Source: Octopus sinensis | Lineage: Eukaryota | Reading direction: 5' to 3' | Assembly (NCBI RefSeq): GCF_006345805.1 | Contig: NC_042999.1 | Location: 94,178,001 to 94,242,000 of the forward strand | DNA length: 64,000 nt | In this document: piece by piece, positions 14,437-27,300 of the stretch | How the letters are laid out: the number at the start of each line of letters is the position of its first letter | Position numbering within the stretch: the first letter of the stretch is position 1 | Position numbers and translations under genes: made by a program | Notes under the pieces: generated by a model | Databases searched by the model: none | Told to the model about the DNA's origin: nothing | Seen by the model: only the letters and a program-made list of their open reading frames with translations

Positions 14437-14519
14437 TACACACAAGTACATACATGTGTATATGTATATATATATTTACATACGTATACATACAAACATA
14501 CGTAAATACATGTATGCAT

Positions 14520-14675
14520 ACGCAAGCGTGGTTGTACAGTGAGGAGTCTGATTCATAATCATAGGATTCTGTACCAGTGTCTCACTGCTTAGGAACTTAC
14601 GCTTAATCTTCTACTGTAGCCGACCATTCTTACGAGGAAATTTTATAGACGGAAACAGAAAGAAGCCCGACATGT
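14520..14675 (+). mobile_element. Degenerate SINE family 1 head
   Basis: TCTTCTACTGTAGCC...TAGACGGAAACAGAAAGAAGCCCG. Confidence 0.65.
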
Positions 14676-16157
14676 GTTTGTGTGTGTGTGTGTGTGCATG
14701 TTTGTGTGTATGAGTGTGTTTTTGTTCACACTTGCTTGTATGAGGGAGCGTTTTTATGTGTGTTTACGCATTTGTTTGTTTCAAATTCTTTATCATACTT
14801 CGCCGTCACACGCTAACATATTCAAAATACACGTAGCATTGTGAACTCATATAAATGAGCCTCTGTACTAGCAAGTTTTTGTATTGATTTTTAACAGTGT
14901 TACTCTTTCGAATAATAGGAAAAGCAAGTGGCAACATCTTTCTGACATCATTTTATTTCATTTGTTTCGCTCTTTTTGTGTACTTTTTAGAAGATTCTTT
15001 AGACTTTTTCTTGCTTCTTTCAGTTTACATTTTGGAATATATTTAAATGTCTCATAGGTTTTAGATTTTACAATTTCACCTGACCTACTACTAAAATTGA
15101 GGTAATTTCCGAAATGGGGAACTAATCAGTGAGACGTCATTTTTGAAATCGTACAATTAGAAAGTGTAAAAGCTTCAATGAGTGTATTTATATTTTGTTA
15201 TCGATTTATTTCGGCTGCCTTTTGCTTTTTAATTCTGCTTGCCACGTATTAGAAATGGAAAAATAGAATTTGGTTTAAAACTACATTCCATTCATGGAAT
15301 AAAATAAAAATGCAAAAGCCATTCTGCAAAACCATAATAATAACATTGTGTTTAAATGGGTAATTGAAAATAAAAGAATGCAACGAAATGTAAACATGAA
15401 AATAACTTTGAAAATTCGAAACATAAATTTTGTTTATAGAAATGAGAAATAATTTTAAAAGCACGAATGCATATTTAAAAGCATTAATAATTATTCAATC
15501 AGTGAATTAGTTATATGCTTGATCCAGTCTTTGGCTTTGAAACTATACATTTATATGGAAATCTGACCACCTTTAATTGTTTAGGGTCAAAGCTTGTCAC
15601 CTCTCATTTCACAGTTCGTTTAGTAAAAGATGAATAATTCCATTGAATCTATTTAGTCATTGTCCTTTCCGTATTTACCTAATATGTTTTAAACTTAGAG
15701 ACGCGTTTCATCAAATGCACATTTTCCTTTCGACTTTCAATTCCGTGTCTCATATTGCAGATTCGATATGAAATCTGCAAGTAAAGACGCCAATTTCGTG
15801 CTAAAACGTGCGCTTCTAGGTTTATACTATTTTTATTATTTTTTAAACCTTAGCAACTGTGTCTAATTTATATACAATAAATCTCTAGATGTTTGATAAT
15901 ATCTGTTATCTCAAGATCTTTACAGTTACACGAGTTTATGATTCTTTCTTGGTTGTGAACACAAATTTCGAAATGAATATTTCGTATTGCTCAGTTTGAT
16001 TCTTAATCAGGATTATGAACTTTTATTTCTAAATGCATTTTGGAGCGTAATATAGCAAAGAATTACAAAAATATATTTCATCTCTAAAGAAAAAATCGAC
16101 AGATGAGAGAATAATCTTATTAATTTAGACATTACCAACTTCATTTATCTAGTGTAT

Positions 16158-16378
16158 GCGAGATAGGGTCCCGAGTAAAATCCTTACATGATGCCGAGTG
16201 TTAAAGAACACCTGAATATCACAGAACGGATGTGACAAATTACCTCAGAATCATCGAGAATAAGATTTCTATCACTTTAGATGATTCAAAGGCTAGATTC
16301 CTTGCTTTGTCTATGACTTTCAGATGTTCTTTAACACTCGGAATTCTGTAGTGAGTTTTTCTACGGCGCTATCCTGCA
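16158..16378. repeat. Decayed inverted repeat, possible MITE
   Basis: CCGAGTGTTAAAGAACACCTGAA / TTCAGATGTTCTTTAACACTCGG with weaker outward extension. Confidence 0.5.
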
Positions 16379-19029
16379 GCAAATTTGGCGTATAAACAAA
16401 ACACATAAAATATGTATGTGTAATCGATAATTTTTACAGTACTTGAATTGCTTTCAATTCGTAATTTTATCTCATTAATATTTCATTTGAGATACTCAAA
16501 ACTTAAAGAATTTACATGGCTTACTAAATAAAAATATAATTTTATTTTAAAAACGACCACATTATATATTAATAATAACATATCGCATTATTAGATATAG
16601 TGTTATTAGTTTGTTGTGGAGAAAAGGGTGAGAAATAATGTTATTCATTGATTTCCATGCAGTGTCATCAGTTTAAATGATGTTATTTGAGGTCATTCGA
16701 GAATATATATTGCGCAGCAGACACAAGTGGCCAAGAACTCATTTCTTGCAAAAAAATACTTCTGTGCTGTATTTATAGTAAAATATATTGCGTTTGATAA
16801 TTTTGTAAGCTTCCATAGAGAGTTACATAATTTAGAACTTGTGTAAAATTTAAATAGTCGCCTTTAATTTTCAAATACAATCAATAATTTGAAAATTTCG
16901 ATTTAAAAATTCAAATCATGAATAGTTTCATCGCATCATCTCTTTATCTCATTAGCAATTCAAACTTCCGATCGTAGCAGAATGGAATTTTATAAGAGTT
17001 AATTAAACTTAATGTATAAATCATTGTAAGTAAATAAGCAGAATTAACATAGAATATAAATACATTTCTTATAGTAATTGGAGCGGTCGAACCGTCCAGT
17101 TGGCTGATTTAAAACGTTGTTTATTTAGTAAATAAAGTATCCTTTGTGTCTACTCCGATCCTGCGTAACACCGGCTTTGAGATTGAAGACATTTAACGTT
17201 CTAGTAAACAGAGAAAACTACAAAGTAATACATAAATATGTGAGCACGCGCACACACACTCATACACACACACGCACCTGCACACATACATGAATTTATT
17301 GATGCAAATCTTTGCCTGATTATAAACAGAGTGAGACTCTTGTACGCAGTTGAGTTAATATACGGTATAGCAATGTTAATCAAGCAGAGTAACAGCAAAA
17401 TGCAGTGGAACAACAAGACTGACTGCCAAATGTTTGTCTTAACGCAACAATAGACGCGACTAGATTTGTCTTTTGCAATGTGTTTTTGCAGAATGAGTTC
17501 CTATGCAAGGCATTCTCACTCTACAGTAAAAATTGTAAAATATATGTTATAATCCATTTCATAATTATATGCTGCAATCAAACTATTGACAGTGAACAGA
17601 AATAAAACGAAAATCTTTGCTCCTCATATGAGTTAACACTATTGAATCATTTGCTTGTCACGTCGAAGCAGTAACAATGCGTGAACAGTGTAGGCGTTCT
17701 GGTGTGGAAGGCTGAAGTAAAATATTTTCTCGGAAACTAAGGTAAATAAGGAATAATATTCATGAACATATTTCCAATTATAACTTGAAAGCAATGGAAC
17801 CAACCGGGTTTCTGTCGGTCACATACTAGTAACTCATTCTCAAAGTGTTACAAAATATTAAGTAACAAGTTATATGGAAAGGGCCACGTGGAGTTGTCCC
17901 AAATCGTCGTATGGCTATTATCGTCCATACAAAACCAAAAGGAAGTATTCTTTCGTAAAATTCATTAAGGACATGGTGTTATTAATTTTAAGTAACGGCA
18001 TTATGAATAGGAATGATTCATTAGACAAAATCTGTTGTGCCATGATGATTTATTCTCAAAAAAGGCCGGTTAATAAGGTTGTATAGTTCATGTTCAGTCA
18101 CTCAAATATACTTTTGAGATCCTTATAAAACACCATGTGTTTTTCATTCAAAATTGACATCTCAGATGTATACCTTTCAAGCAAATATGTCAGGTTTTAC
18201 AACTGTCTATTAATTATTTAGAAAATCGCCAAGGGATGTATAAAGTAAGGAAAGAAATTATTCAGCCATTCGGTCGCTGTGATTTTCGTTTCAATTTACA
18301 TTTCAATTAAAATAGAAGAGAACAATTTTACAAATTGTCTTGGATAGCAAATATAAGTCAAATATCGACTGCTTACTTCAGCAAAATGCCAGAAAATAAT
18401 TTAAATATATAAGTAATTAGACGTTTTCTGTAATAAGAATGTAATTTGACAAAATAATAAAAATACATAAACATCATCATCAGGTACTACTACCATCGCT
18501 GAAAGCATCAAAGTTCACAGATATGAGTCATTGATTATTGCAATTCATACAATTCGTCTTTAACGGGAAATAATTATCTTCCTTGCACCAAAGTGAGAAA
18601 CAATTTTTGAAGTACGCTCCTGCTGTGCAAGGAATATTCCATTACTCCAAATACTTCTGAAATAAAAAAAAAAGCAGAAAATGTGATCTTTTAATTTGAA
18701 CTCATAATTCTAATATAAGCGCATGTATGTGTGTGTATGTGTGTGTGCATATGTATGTGTGATTGAGCGCGCGCACATTTGTGTGTGTTGTTGTTCTTCA
18801 CGTCATTGCTGCCGTAGTGATTGATGCTACTGTTCCTGTTACTGTCGTTGTTGTGTGGCTGTTCTTCTTGTCACTAGGTCGAAGTTCGTTGTTGTCGCCG
18901 TGGTGGTTACTGTTGCTTTTAATGTGCTGATCGTTATCACTAGTTCGTGGGCTATTTTCTGTGTTAGTTCTGCTATTTTGTGTCCTTACGGTTCTCAGAT
19001 TTGCTAGTGGGCGAGTTTTGTAGTTTATA

Positions 19030-19420
19030 ATATCAACCGGTTCCATGGCTTCGCTTCTGTGCTCGTTTGTGGGACAAACGATCATCGATACCATCTCCTT
19101 CAAACATGCAACAAAAACTGAAATATTGCTTGCACGGCTGTGACAAAACTTCATGACAAAAATTAAAGATGCTGGAGATGAAGATAAGACTAGAAGAGCT
19201 TGCCGTTTGACAACTGTATAGTGTAACTGTAAAAAATGGCGGAAATAAAAATAGGCAAATATTGACCAGCGCACTAATTTGGATAACGCTTATTTCTGAA
19301 CAGAAAGCTGAACTTGCTATGGTTGCAGTCAGAGAAACAATCAACAAATAAGTTGTTATATAGAAATAATGTTCTCTGACATTCGATTCGAAACAGAGTG
19401 AATTCTAAGTTTAGGTTGTG
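19030..19420 (+). mobile_element. Possible highly decayed Penelope GIY-YIG remnant
   Basis: Weak motifs across frames: FVGQT, SFKHATK, KIKDAG, RQILT, LNRK. Confidence 0.35.
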
Positions 19421-19454
19421 AAAACTACGAAAGGATAAAAGACGACCTCGGAAT

Positions 19455-19522
<68 letters not shown>

Positions 19523-19565
19523 TAATAATAATAATAATGATGATAATAATAATAATAACAATAAC

Positions 19566-19611
<46 letters not shown>
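19455..19611 (+). repeat. (AAT)n microsatellite
   Basis: Directly visible; similar tracts at 2499-2566, 61358-61431 and 62789-62875. Confidence 0.98.
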
Positions 19612-19614
19612 GCA

Positions 19615-20253
19615 AGAATAGCGAATAACAGATATGCGGAAAAAGAGGAGAAATTAGACCTGCTAAAGACCTGCTAAAGAACACCAAGGACACCTGAATA
19701 GATATGACACAGAATTTGAGGTGAATAATAAATAGAAGATCATTGAAGTAAAAGAAGATATGAGAGAACTCAGAATGACTGAGTTTACATAAATGATCAA
19801 TAGAGAACCGCCACCTAATCTCTCAAACAACATAAAAAATCTACAACATAACATTATTATATATACTATTGCTCTTAGACCTTTAGAAATAAGGGAAGTG
19901 ACCTAACAACCTTAAATAACCACATCTTTTCCTCAGCTAAAGTTGTAACTGTTCAATTAGGTACCTGGACGGCAGAGAAAATGGCCAACCTTGTCAATAA
20001 ACTTTCTAAGTGTAATGTAGCAATAAAAAAGAGATCGAATTTTTGCGGGCGGATGTATCAGTTCTCGATGAACTTGCTAGCGGAGTAAATGCTAAAACGA
20101 AACAAGCTAGAGAAATGAAACAAAAATATAAAACCAAAGATTTTATAAACGTCCCTAGTACGAAGGAGCTAGTGAAACAACGAATACAACTGAAAGCCCA
20201 ACGGCTCAGAAGGTATGACAGAAGAATCAAATTTTATCGACAAAACAAGGTAT
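19615..20253 (+). mobile_element. R4/Dong-clade LINE fragment (region upstream of RT)
   Basis: KELVKQRIQLKAQRLRRYDRRIKFYRQNKVF motif; immediately follows a long (AAT)n tract. Confidence 0.8.
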
Positions 20254-20307
20254 TCAGCAGAGAATACGATGGATGCTTGTAAATATTTCATTTATTTATT
20301 ATCGTAT

Positions 20308-20366
20308 TCTCTGCTGACGAGTGGAAAAATCCGTTGGATCAATCCCGAAATTTATCAATACAGAGA
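20308..20366 (+). ncRNA. Type I hammerhead ribozyme motif with intact core
   Basis: TCTCTG (stem I) CTGACGA, GTGGA..TCCC (stem II, with inner ATCC/GGAT hairpin), GAA, ATT-tatc-AAT (stem III), A, CAGAGA (stem I'). Confidence 0.7.
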
Positions 20367-20455
20367 TAGTGTATTTTAATATGCTGGCCACTTGATTAAA
20401 ATGTTTGTAAAAGCTTCATCCTATATTAGAAGTAAATTGTCATGTGTATATATGT

Positions 20456-20551
<96 letters not shown>

Positions 20552-20904
20552 ATTAAAATCTTCATAAGAATTTATCAAGTAGACAACGTGAAAAGACGTC
20601 ATAAGGGAAAAGTTGAATATTTCTCAGGCTACGAGGGACACTGAAAATCAAAACTGCCATAATACACACATTTTACCGAACACGTTGGAATGCAACTCTC
20701 GAAGCGAGCCCCTTGAAAACAGATTCAGCCGCAAATCATATGATTTCGCCGTCAGTGCAGGCATAATCAAGACACCAAGAACATGAACAAAAAAAATCAA
20801 CATACCAGACGAACACCAAATGTATCCCGTATAGTACATAGAGTTGTTCACTCATTTTATATCTATGTAAGAGGCGGGCTTTTCTAATTGCATCTCGGTT
20901 CACG

Positions 20905-20992
<88 letters not shown>

Positions 20993-21014
20993 CATCTATC
21001 TATCTATGTATATA

Positions 21015-21085
<71 letters not shown>

Positions 21086-21086
21086 G

Positions 21087-21142
<56 letters not shown>

Positions 21143-21223
21143 ATATATATACATATATATATTAAATTAGAGATAAAACCACTATTAGGCAAATCAAACA
21201 TTGAAAAACATAAACCAAAACTT

Positions 21224-21254
<31 letters not shown>

Positions 21255-21298
21255 AAGAGAGAGAAATGGATAAATAGATAGATAAATAGATAGACAGG

Positions 21299-21365
<67 letters not shown>

Positions 21366-22489
21366 GGAGAGAGAGAGAGAGATAGGGAGAGAGAGAGAGA
21401 GAGAGAGAGAGATATTTAATTAAGGCTGTAGCGTGACCAAAATGTAGGGAGGTTTAAGTAATCACATACATTAGCTTATAACATTTTCCTTACTGAGTCC
21501 GGATCTCTTTTACAACATTCTGGCTTCTTTGGAGACTCCAAAATAACTCTGAAGACGTTATAGGCTCTGTCATATTCACCCAGTTTTGCGCTGCCTTTTT
21601 ATGACAGAAACAGCTGTAAGCTGTTGAAGGTGATTAAGTAACCTTCGTTTATTTACCATTTATTAATTGAGTTTGCACCGCTTACTCTCTCTCCTCTTAA
21701 GCATCAACATATACTGTTCTAACAACTAGTTATTATTATTGCTGTGCATAAGGAAAACATACTACAGGTATACATACTTATATATATATATATATATACT
21801 AACACATATCCATATATGTATACATATATGCATACATATATACATTCATAAATGCGTTTATGCCTAGATGCACATCTGAATATATTTTTGTGATTATCTA
21901 TGTGGACAACTGTATAAATATAACTACATTTAAAAGTATAAGTTTTGAGAACTGAAATATATATGAAAACTGATGAAAGCATAATCATGTATTTCTACAG
22001 ACAACATTAGACCGCATATTTATTTTGTTCTTTCTATGACTAATCCTTAGCAACTATCAGCATTTCTTTTCAGCTGCTGAAGCTGAAGGAGAAATATTCT
22101 CCCATATAAGTAAAGCCACATATTCAGGTTCGAGTCCTCGGCTAACAGCTATTTTTTTAATAATTACATTACTTTAGTTTTACCTCGTTTACCACTCACT
22201 ATACTTACTAAACATAATTCAATTGTTATTGCTTAGCTCTAACTTTTATTGCTATTGCTATTTCTAAATTTCCTAGCTATTATTTAAATAATAATTACAT
22301 TACTTTAGTTATACCTCGTTTACCACTCACTATACTTACTATACTTAACTCAATATAGCAAGTGGTAAACGAGGTATAACTAAAGTAATGTAATTATTAT
22401 AAACTTCCACAAACGATCTTGCTCTGATTTGTGCCTTGGAAGGTAACTTTCTAGATGCATCTCCTGGTGATTCAAGACCGAAGGAGGTC

Positions 22490-22548
<59 letters not shown>

Positions 22549-22615
22549 CATATAATTGACTTATATTTGCTATGTATACATACGTATACATAACTATATA
22601 TGTATACATGTATAT

Positions 22616-22980
22616 TTTTTTACTTGTGTCAGTCATTTGACTGCGGACATGGTGGAGAACGCTCTTTAGTCGAACTAATCGACCCCGGGACTTGTTCTTT
22701 GTAAGCCCAGTACTTATTCTATCGTTTGCTTTTGACGGACCGCTAAGTTACGGGGACATAAACACACCAATATCCGTTGTCAAGCGATGGTGGAGGACAA
22801 ACACAGACATACAAATACATATATATATGTATACGTCGGGATTCTTTCAGGTTTTTTTCTAAATCCACTTACAAAGCCTTCGTCAGACCGAGGCTATAGT
22901 AGGCGACAGTTGCCCATGGTGCCACGCAGTGGGACTGAACCGAGAGCCATGTAGTTGGGACGCAAACATGTTACCATCAC
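22616..22980 (-). mobile_element. SINE family 1, nearly full length
   Basis: Contains both halves seen at 4964 and 4120; B-box-like GGTTCAGTCCC on the minus strand. Confidence 0.85.
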
Positions 22981-23022
22981 TTGACAACCGATATTGGTGT
23001 GTTTATTTTCCTGTAAATTATA

Positions 23023-24310
23023 CGAGGGGCGTTCAATAAGTAATGCCCCTGACCCACTTCCCATAGCAGGAGAGCAACGAAACTTGGCACAGGTATTAGT
23101 CTTTTTCTACATAGGAAGAACCCAGAGGTACGCATTTCTCCCATCGTTTGATGCAGTTCTGGAGACCGTTTTCGTAGAAGACCCCAGCTTGGTCCTCCAA
23201 CCACGAAGTGACTTCAGAAATCAAGGCTGCATCATCTGGGAAACGCTTTTCTTTCAAAAACAACTTCATGGCTGGGAAGAGGTGAAAATCAGAGGGTGCA
23301 AGGTCAGGAGAGTAGGGGGATGGGGGAAGAGTTCATAGCCACACGCCTGTGCTTCTGATCTGGCGACACGCGAGTTGTGGACCGGAGCGTTGTCCTGCAG
23401 GAGGAGGATGCCTTTGCTGATCTTGCCCCGCCTCTTGGTTTCGATAGCTTCTCTTAATTTCCTCAAAAGTGAAACATGATAGGCTCCTGTAATTGTGGTA
23501 CCCTTTGCCAGGAAATCTGTCATCACTACTCCGTCCTGGTCCCAGAAGACTGTGAGCATGACCTTGCCAGCGGAGGGCTGCACCCTTGCCTTCTTTGGAG
23601 GAGGTGAGTCATGGTGCTTCCACTGCATTGACTGCGCTTTGGTCTCTGGATCATAGTGATGGACCCAGGTCTCATCCTGTGTAATCAGTCTTTTGAAAAA
23701 TTTTGACTCATCTTCTTGGCACATTCCTAAATTCTTGCTTCTGGAATTCTTGCGTTCTTGCTTCTGGAAAAGTGTGAGCAACCTGGAAATCCATCTGGCA
23801 GACACCTTTTGCATATGCAAATGGTCATGAATGATAGTTTCCACAGACCCGGTACTAATCTTGACCTCATGGGCTATTTGATGAATAGTTATGCGTCGAT
23901 CTTCCAAAATGGCAGCCTCAACTTGACGGACAGATGCCTCATCAATGGCAGAAGGGGTGCGACCAGATCTGGGAGCTGTTTCCACAGAGTTCCGACCATG
24001 TTTGAATTCACGATGCCAGCGTTTTACAAGGTCATATGATGGGGCATCATCACCATAAGTTACTTTCATTTCATTAAAAGTCTCCTGTGGTGTGCGTCAT
24101 TTCAAATACAAAAACCGGATCACTGCTCGACACTCAACATGCTCCATTTCCCACTTGACTCATTTCAAACACCTGCAAACCAGAAACCACAATTAGTTCG
24201 GAGCTGTCATTTGCCACTTAATCTATAGCGATATCAATAATTGCACATAATTTCAGCTAGATCAAACAAAGGCAAGTGGGTCAGAGGCATTACTTATTGA
24301 ACGCCCCTCG
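23023..24310 (-). mobile_element. Near full-length mariner DNA transposon (1288 bp)
   Basis: Left TIR CGAGGGGCGTTCAATAAGTAATGCCCCTGACCCACTT and its near-perfect reverse complement ending at 24310; TA on both sides (23021-22, 24311-12); internal transposase. Confidence 0.97.
23096..24147 (-). pseudogene. Mariner DD34D-type transposase pseudogene
   Basis: MEHVECRAVIRFLYLK* (premature TGA), then RSGRTP HTH region, WISRLL, TQDETWVHHYDPETK, LLQDNAPVH; a frameshift at PHPP restores YSPDLAPSDFHLF...RWEKCV...YVEKD*. Confidence 0.93.
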
Positions 24311-27300
24311 TATATATATACACATCTCGACATATAAATTATAGATGTATTCATATAAAAACGAATGTATGTGTTTGTTTGCGTGTGTGTGTTTTGTGCT
24401 CGTGCGTGCGTTTATTTACAGACTGTACAATTTTCTTAAACAATGATAACTTAGGTTGTCAAGAACTGAAAATACTAAAATAATTAATAAGTGAGTGTGC
24501 ACTGCATATATTATTAATGTGCGTATGATAATTTTGGTATCCATAAATATTTATTTCATATTTATTTGTATACGTCTACTTAAATGGAAATACATCTAGC
24601 CGAGATCTTCAATACGTCTTCTCGAGAAGTTCAATAATTGAATAGTTCAAAACGGCTTGTAGTTCTTACTTTAGTTTAGATGTATTGATTAAGGCTATCT
24701 ATGTGGATCAATTCAATGAATGTCATATTCTGAAAACATTTTATGGAATTTATTGTAGGGCACACATGGTGATTAGAAACAAATGTGAGAATGATTATGT
24801 TTAATTTTCAGTTTAATTTTTCTAGAGAACAGTCTCTGCTTTTGCTGAATACTATAAGGTTTTCTTCAGTGGCATCGTATTGGCGAATTGTATTTGCGAG
24901 CATTTGACTATGTATTTGAATTGTAGTGACCTACATATTTTCTTTCATTGCTTCCTACTTGTACTTTTGCAGGTGTGGAGCCTCTTCTTCTTCTCATCAC
25001 CTATTGCGGTGACTATGTATGGATAAACGGAACCCCTTCCCTTCTTTCTGCGTAAAAATTGACAATTTTTTTTAGTCTGAACATTAGGATACTCACATTT
25101 GTTGAGTAACGTCTTGCTTGTATTATAAGAATGTTCACGTTAAATAAGTGCGTTTAAGTTTTTACAACAATAATTGTAATAATTGTACACGCATGTATCT
25201 GTGCGAGCGTAAAAGCAAGAGATTGACTGGGTGCATGTATTTCGTTTTCGTTCACATTTATAATTCGATAATATACAAGAGTAACCTGTTTCTAGAACCA
25301 ATAAGATTATAAAAATTATAATTGAACATTGGATAAAAACCAGTGTTAAAATTCGTTGTATTCATTGCTCGATCACTTTGGGATATCCTATGCTGAAATT
25401 TATATCTAACGCTATCAGCGCTATCAGATGCACAACACATCATCTGTGTTAACATAAAAGTTACTTTTCATAGTTATTACACAGTGAAGTGAAATACGAT
25501 GAAATGTAATAAGAGATTCTTAGTTGAAAGAAAGTTTTCCAAACGCTCATGAAGAAGTTTAATCCCCATTCAACGTGAGTAGGAGATTATGGTACATCTC
25601 GCTAACATCTCTTTTATTTCAGTTAAGCCTTGGAAAGTTATATATTAACAGAACATGTTACCGACATTCTTATAGTTATAGACTTAAACGTGTAACAAAT
25701 AATGGAAATTACTAATAACCATGTAAAATATGGAGCTATTCCGTGTTATATTTGATTTCTAACAGGAAGTATTCCAATAGCTATGATATACAACTTGAAT
25801 ATATTTCCATAATGTCACACTTCCATAGTAGCTGCTATAATGTTGTGTGCACTCTTGTTCGCCTAACATATATCACACAACATCACCATCCTGTAATCTA
25901 GAGGTATCTAAGAATACATTACTCAATATGTCTTATCTTTTTTAAGACAATGTTTTATTTAAGCAAACATTTGGCTTTTATTTCAAGCACCTCAAACGGG
26001 CATATATAAAAACGTTTATCAAGTTTTTCTGTCAGAATGATCAAGACGAGACCTTTCCTCACAGATAAAGCGTCAGCTGTTGGAATAAAACTTCTAATGG
26101 TTCTGATTATCATCAGGAAGCAGATTAAAAGCTATCTCGATATTATTCAATATGGAATTAAAAAGGGAAGCAAGACCTAGTGATGTCCTATAATTTTGCG
26201 CACGTTATATGTTAAAGCATTCCCGCCGTAAACTATTTAGAAGATTTGCTGACCATAATTACATATACCGCGATATGCACAACATCTCTGCTTTCTTTTA
26301 ACTTGAGAGCACTCGCTGAAATAAAAAGTTCTTCAAAATTTACTTTTAAGATCGTAAATATTTTCTACACTATTAACGAAAGCACTTTTTAATAACAGTA
26401 ATAAACTAACGTAAAAACAACTATTACCGTACAGTAAGGTACTAGCAATTTAAGATTCCAATAATTTAATCAACCAATTAGCTACTAATATTACAAGGAG
26501 TGGCCTAAGATAGTTTACTAATTTCCCTTGTTACTAAAACGAAAAGAAGCCACACACATTCAAACAATTTTTACTCAACATTTTTGTAAGTGAAGAGTGG
26601 AAACATTTACTTAAGAATCAATCAAGCACGAAGACCTAAGTTTGTTATTCCCTGACTAACTAGTCAACGTATATACCAGAGGCTATATTGTTGGCTGTGT
26701 ACTTTTGAGTCAATGACGTTGGGTGTAATCCGAGTGACATTGCACGACATCTTTTTCTTTTTGCAAGTCTAGCAGCTGCGTAGATTCCCGAACGCTTACC
26801 TCTTCTTGGTGTCGCTAATGTTGGTACTTATTTTCTTATTTGTGAAATATCATTTTCTGCCAATTGTAGCTTTAATGCTCAATGAAACAAGTTAATTACA
26901 GATTCAAATTTTCAGGTTGTGGCTATAGAATCTGTACTGGATCCCCAAAATTGTAGATTCAAATTTCACTTTCATGTGCTAAGTTCGCCTTTGGAAAATG
27001 CTTTTGATTTCAACAGAAAGCAAAGAAACACATCCATATCATTCATTGTCTTTTAATGATAATTTCGTTGCAATATACCATCCATAATAGCACCATTCTA
27101 GACGTTGCCTACAAATAATAAGAAATTCTGAATAAATATTATGTCTAGTAAGAGAACAGGCTGCAATAAGTATTTATAATAGGTATACTGTCACTTTGAT
27201 GAAGAATTGACGTTGTCACTTTCCGTTTAATTCTGTTGTAGCGCTTAATGATTCGTGTATTATATGCATGGGAATTTTTAAAACAAAGCTTATCAAATAA

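Noticed and set aside
18798-19347. Minus-strand ORFs of 158 and 104 aa
   Set aside because: Partly low complexity, no recognisable domain, and better explained as antisense to a decayed element.
20725-20775. Minus-strand TTGATTA-GCC..GGC-GAAA hammerhead-like motif
   Set aside because: Two core mismatches and no stem I pairing.
22994-24039. Plus-strand ORFs at 22994-23338 and 23758-24039
   Set aside because: Antisense shadows of the mariner transposase.
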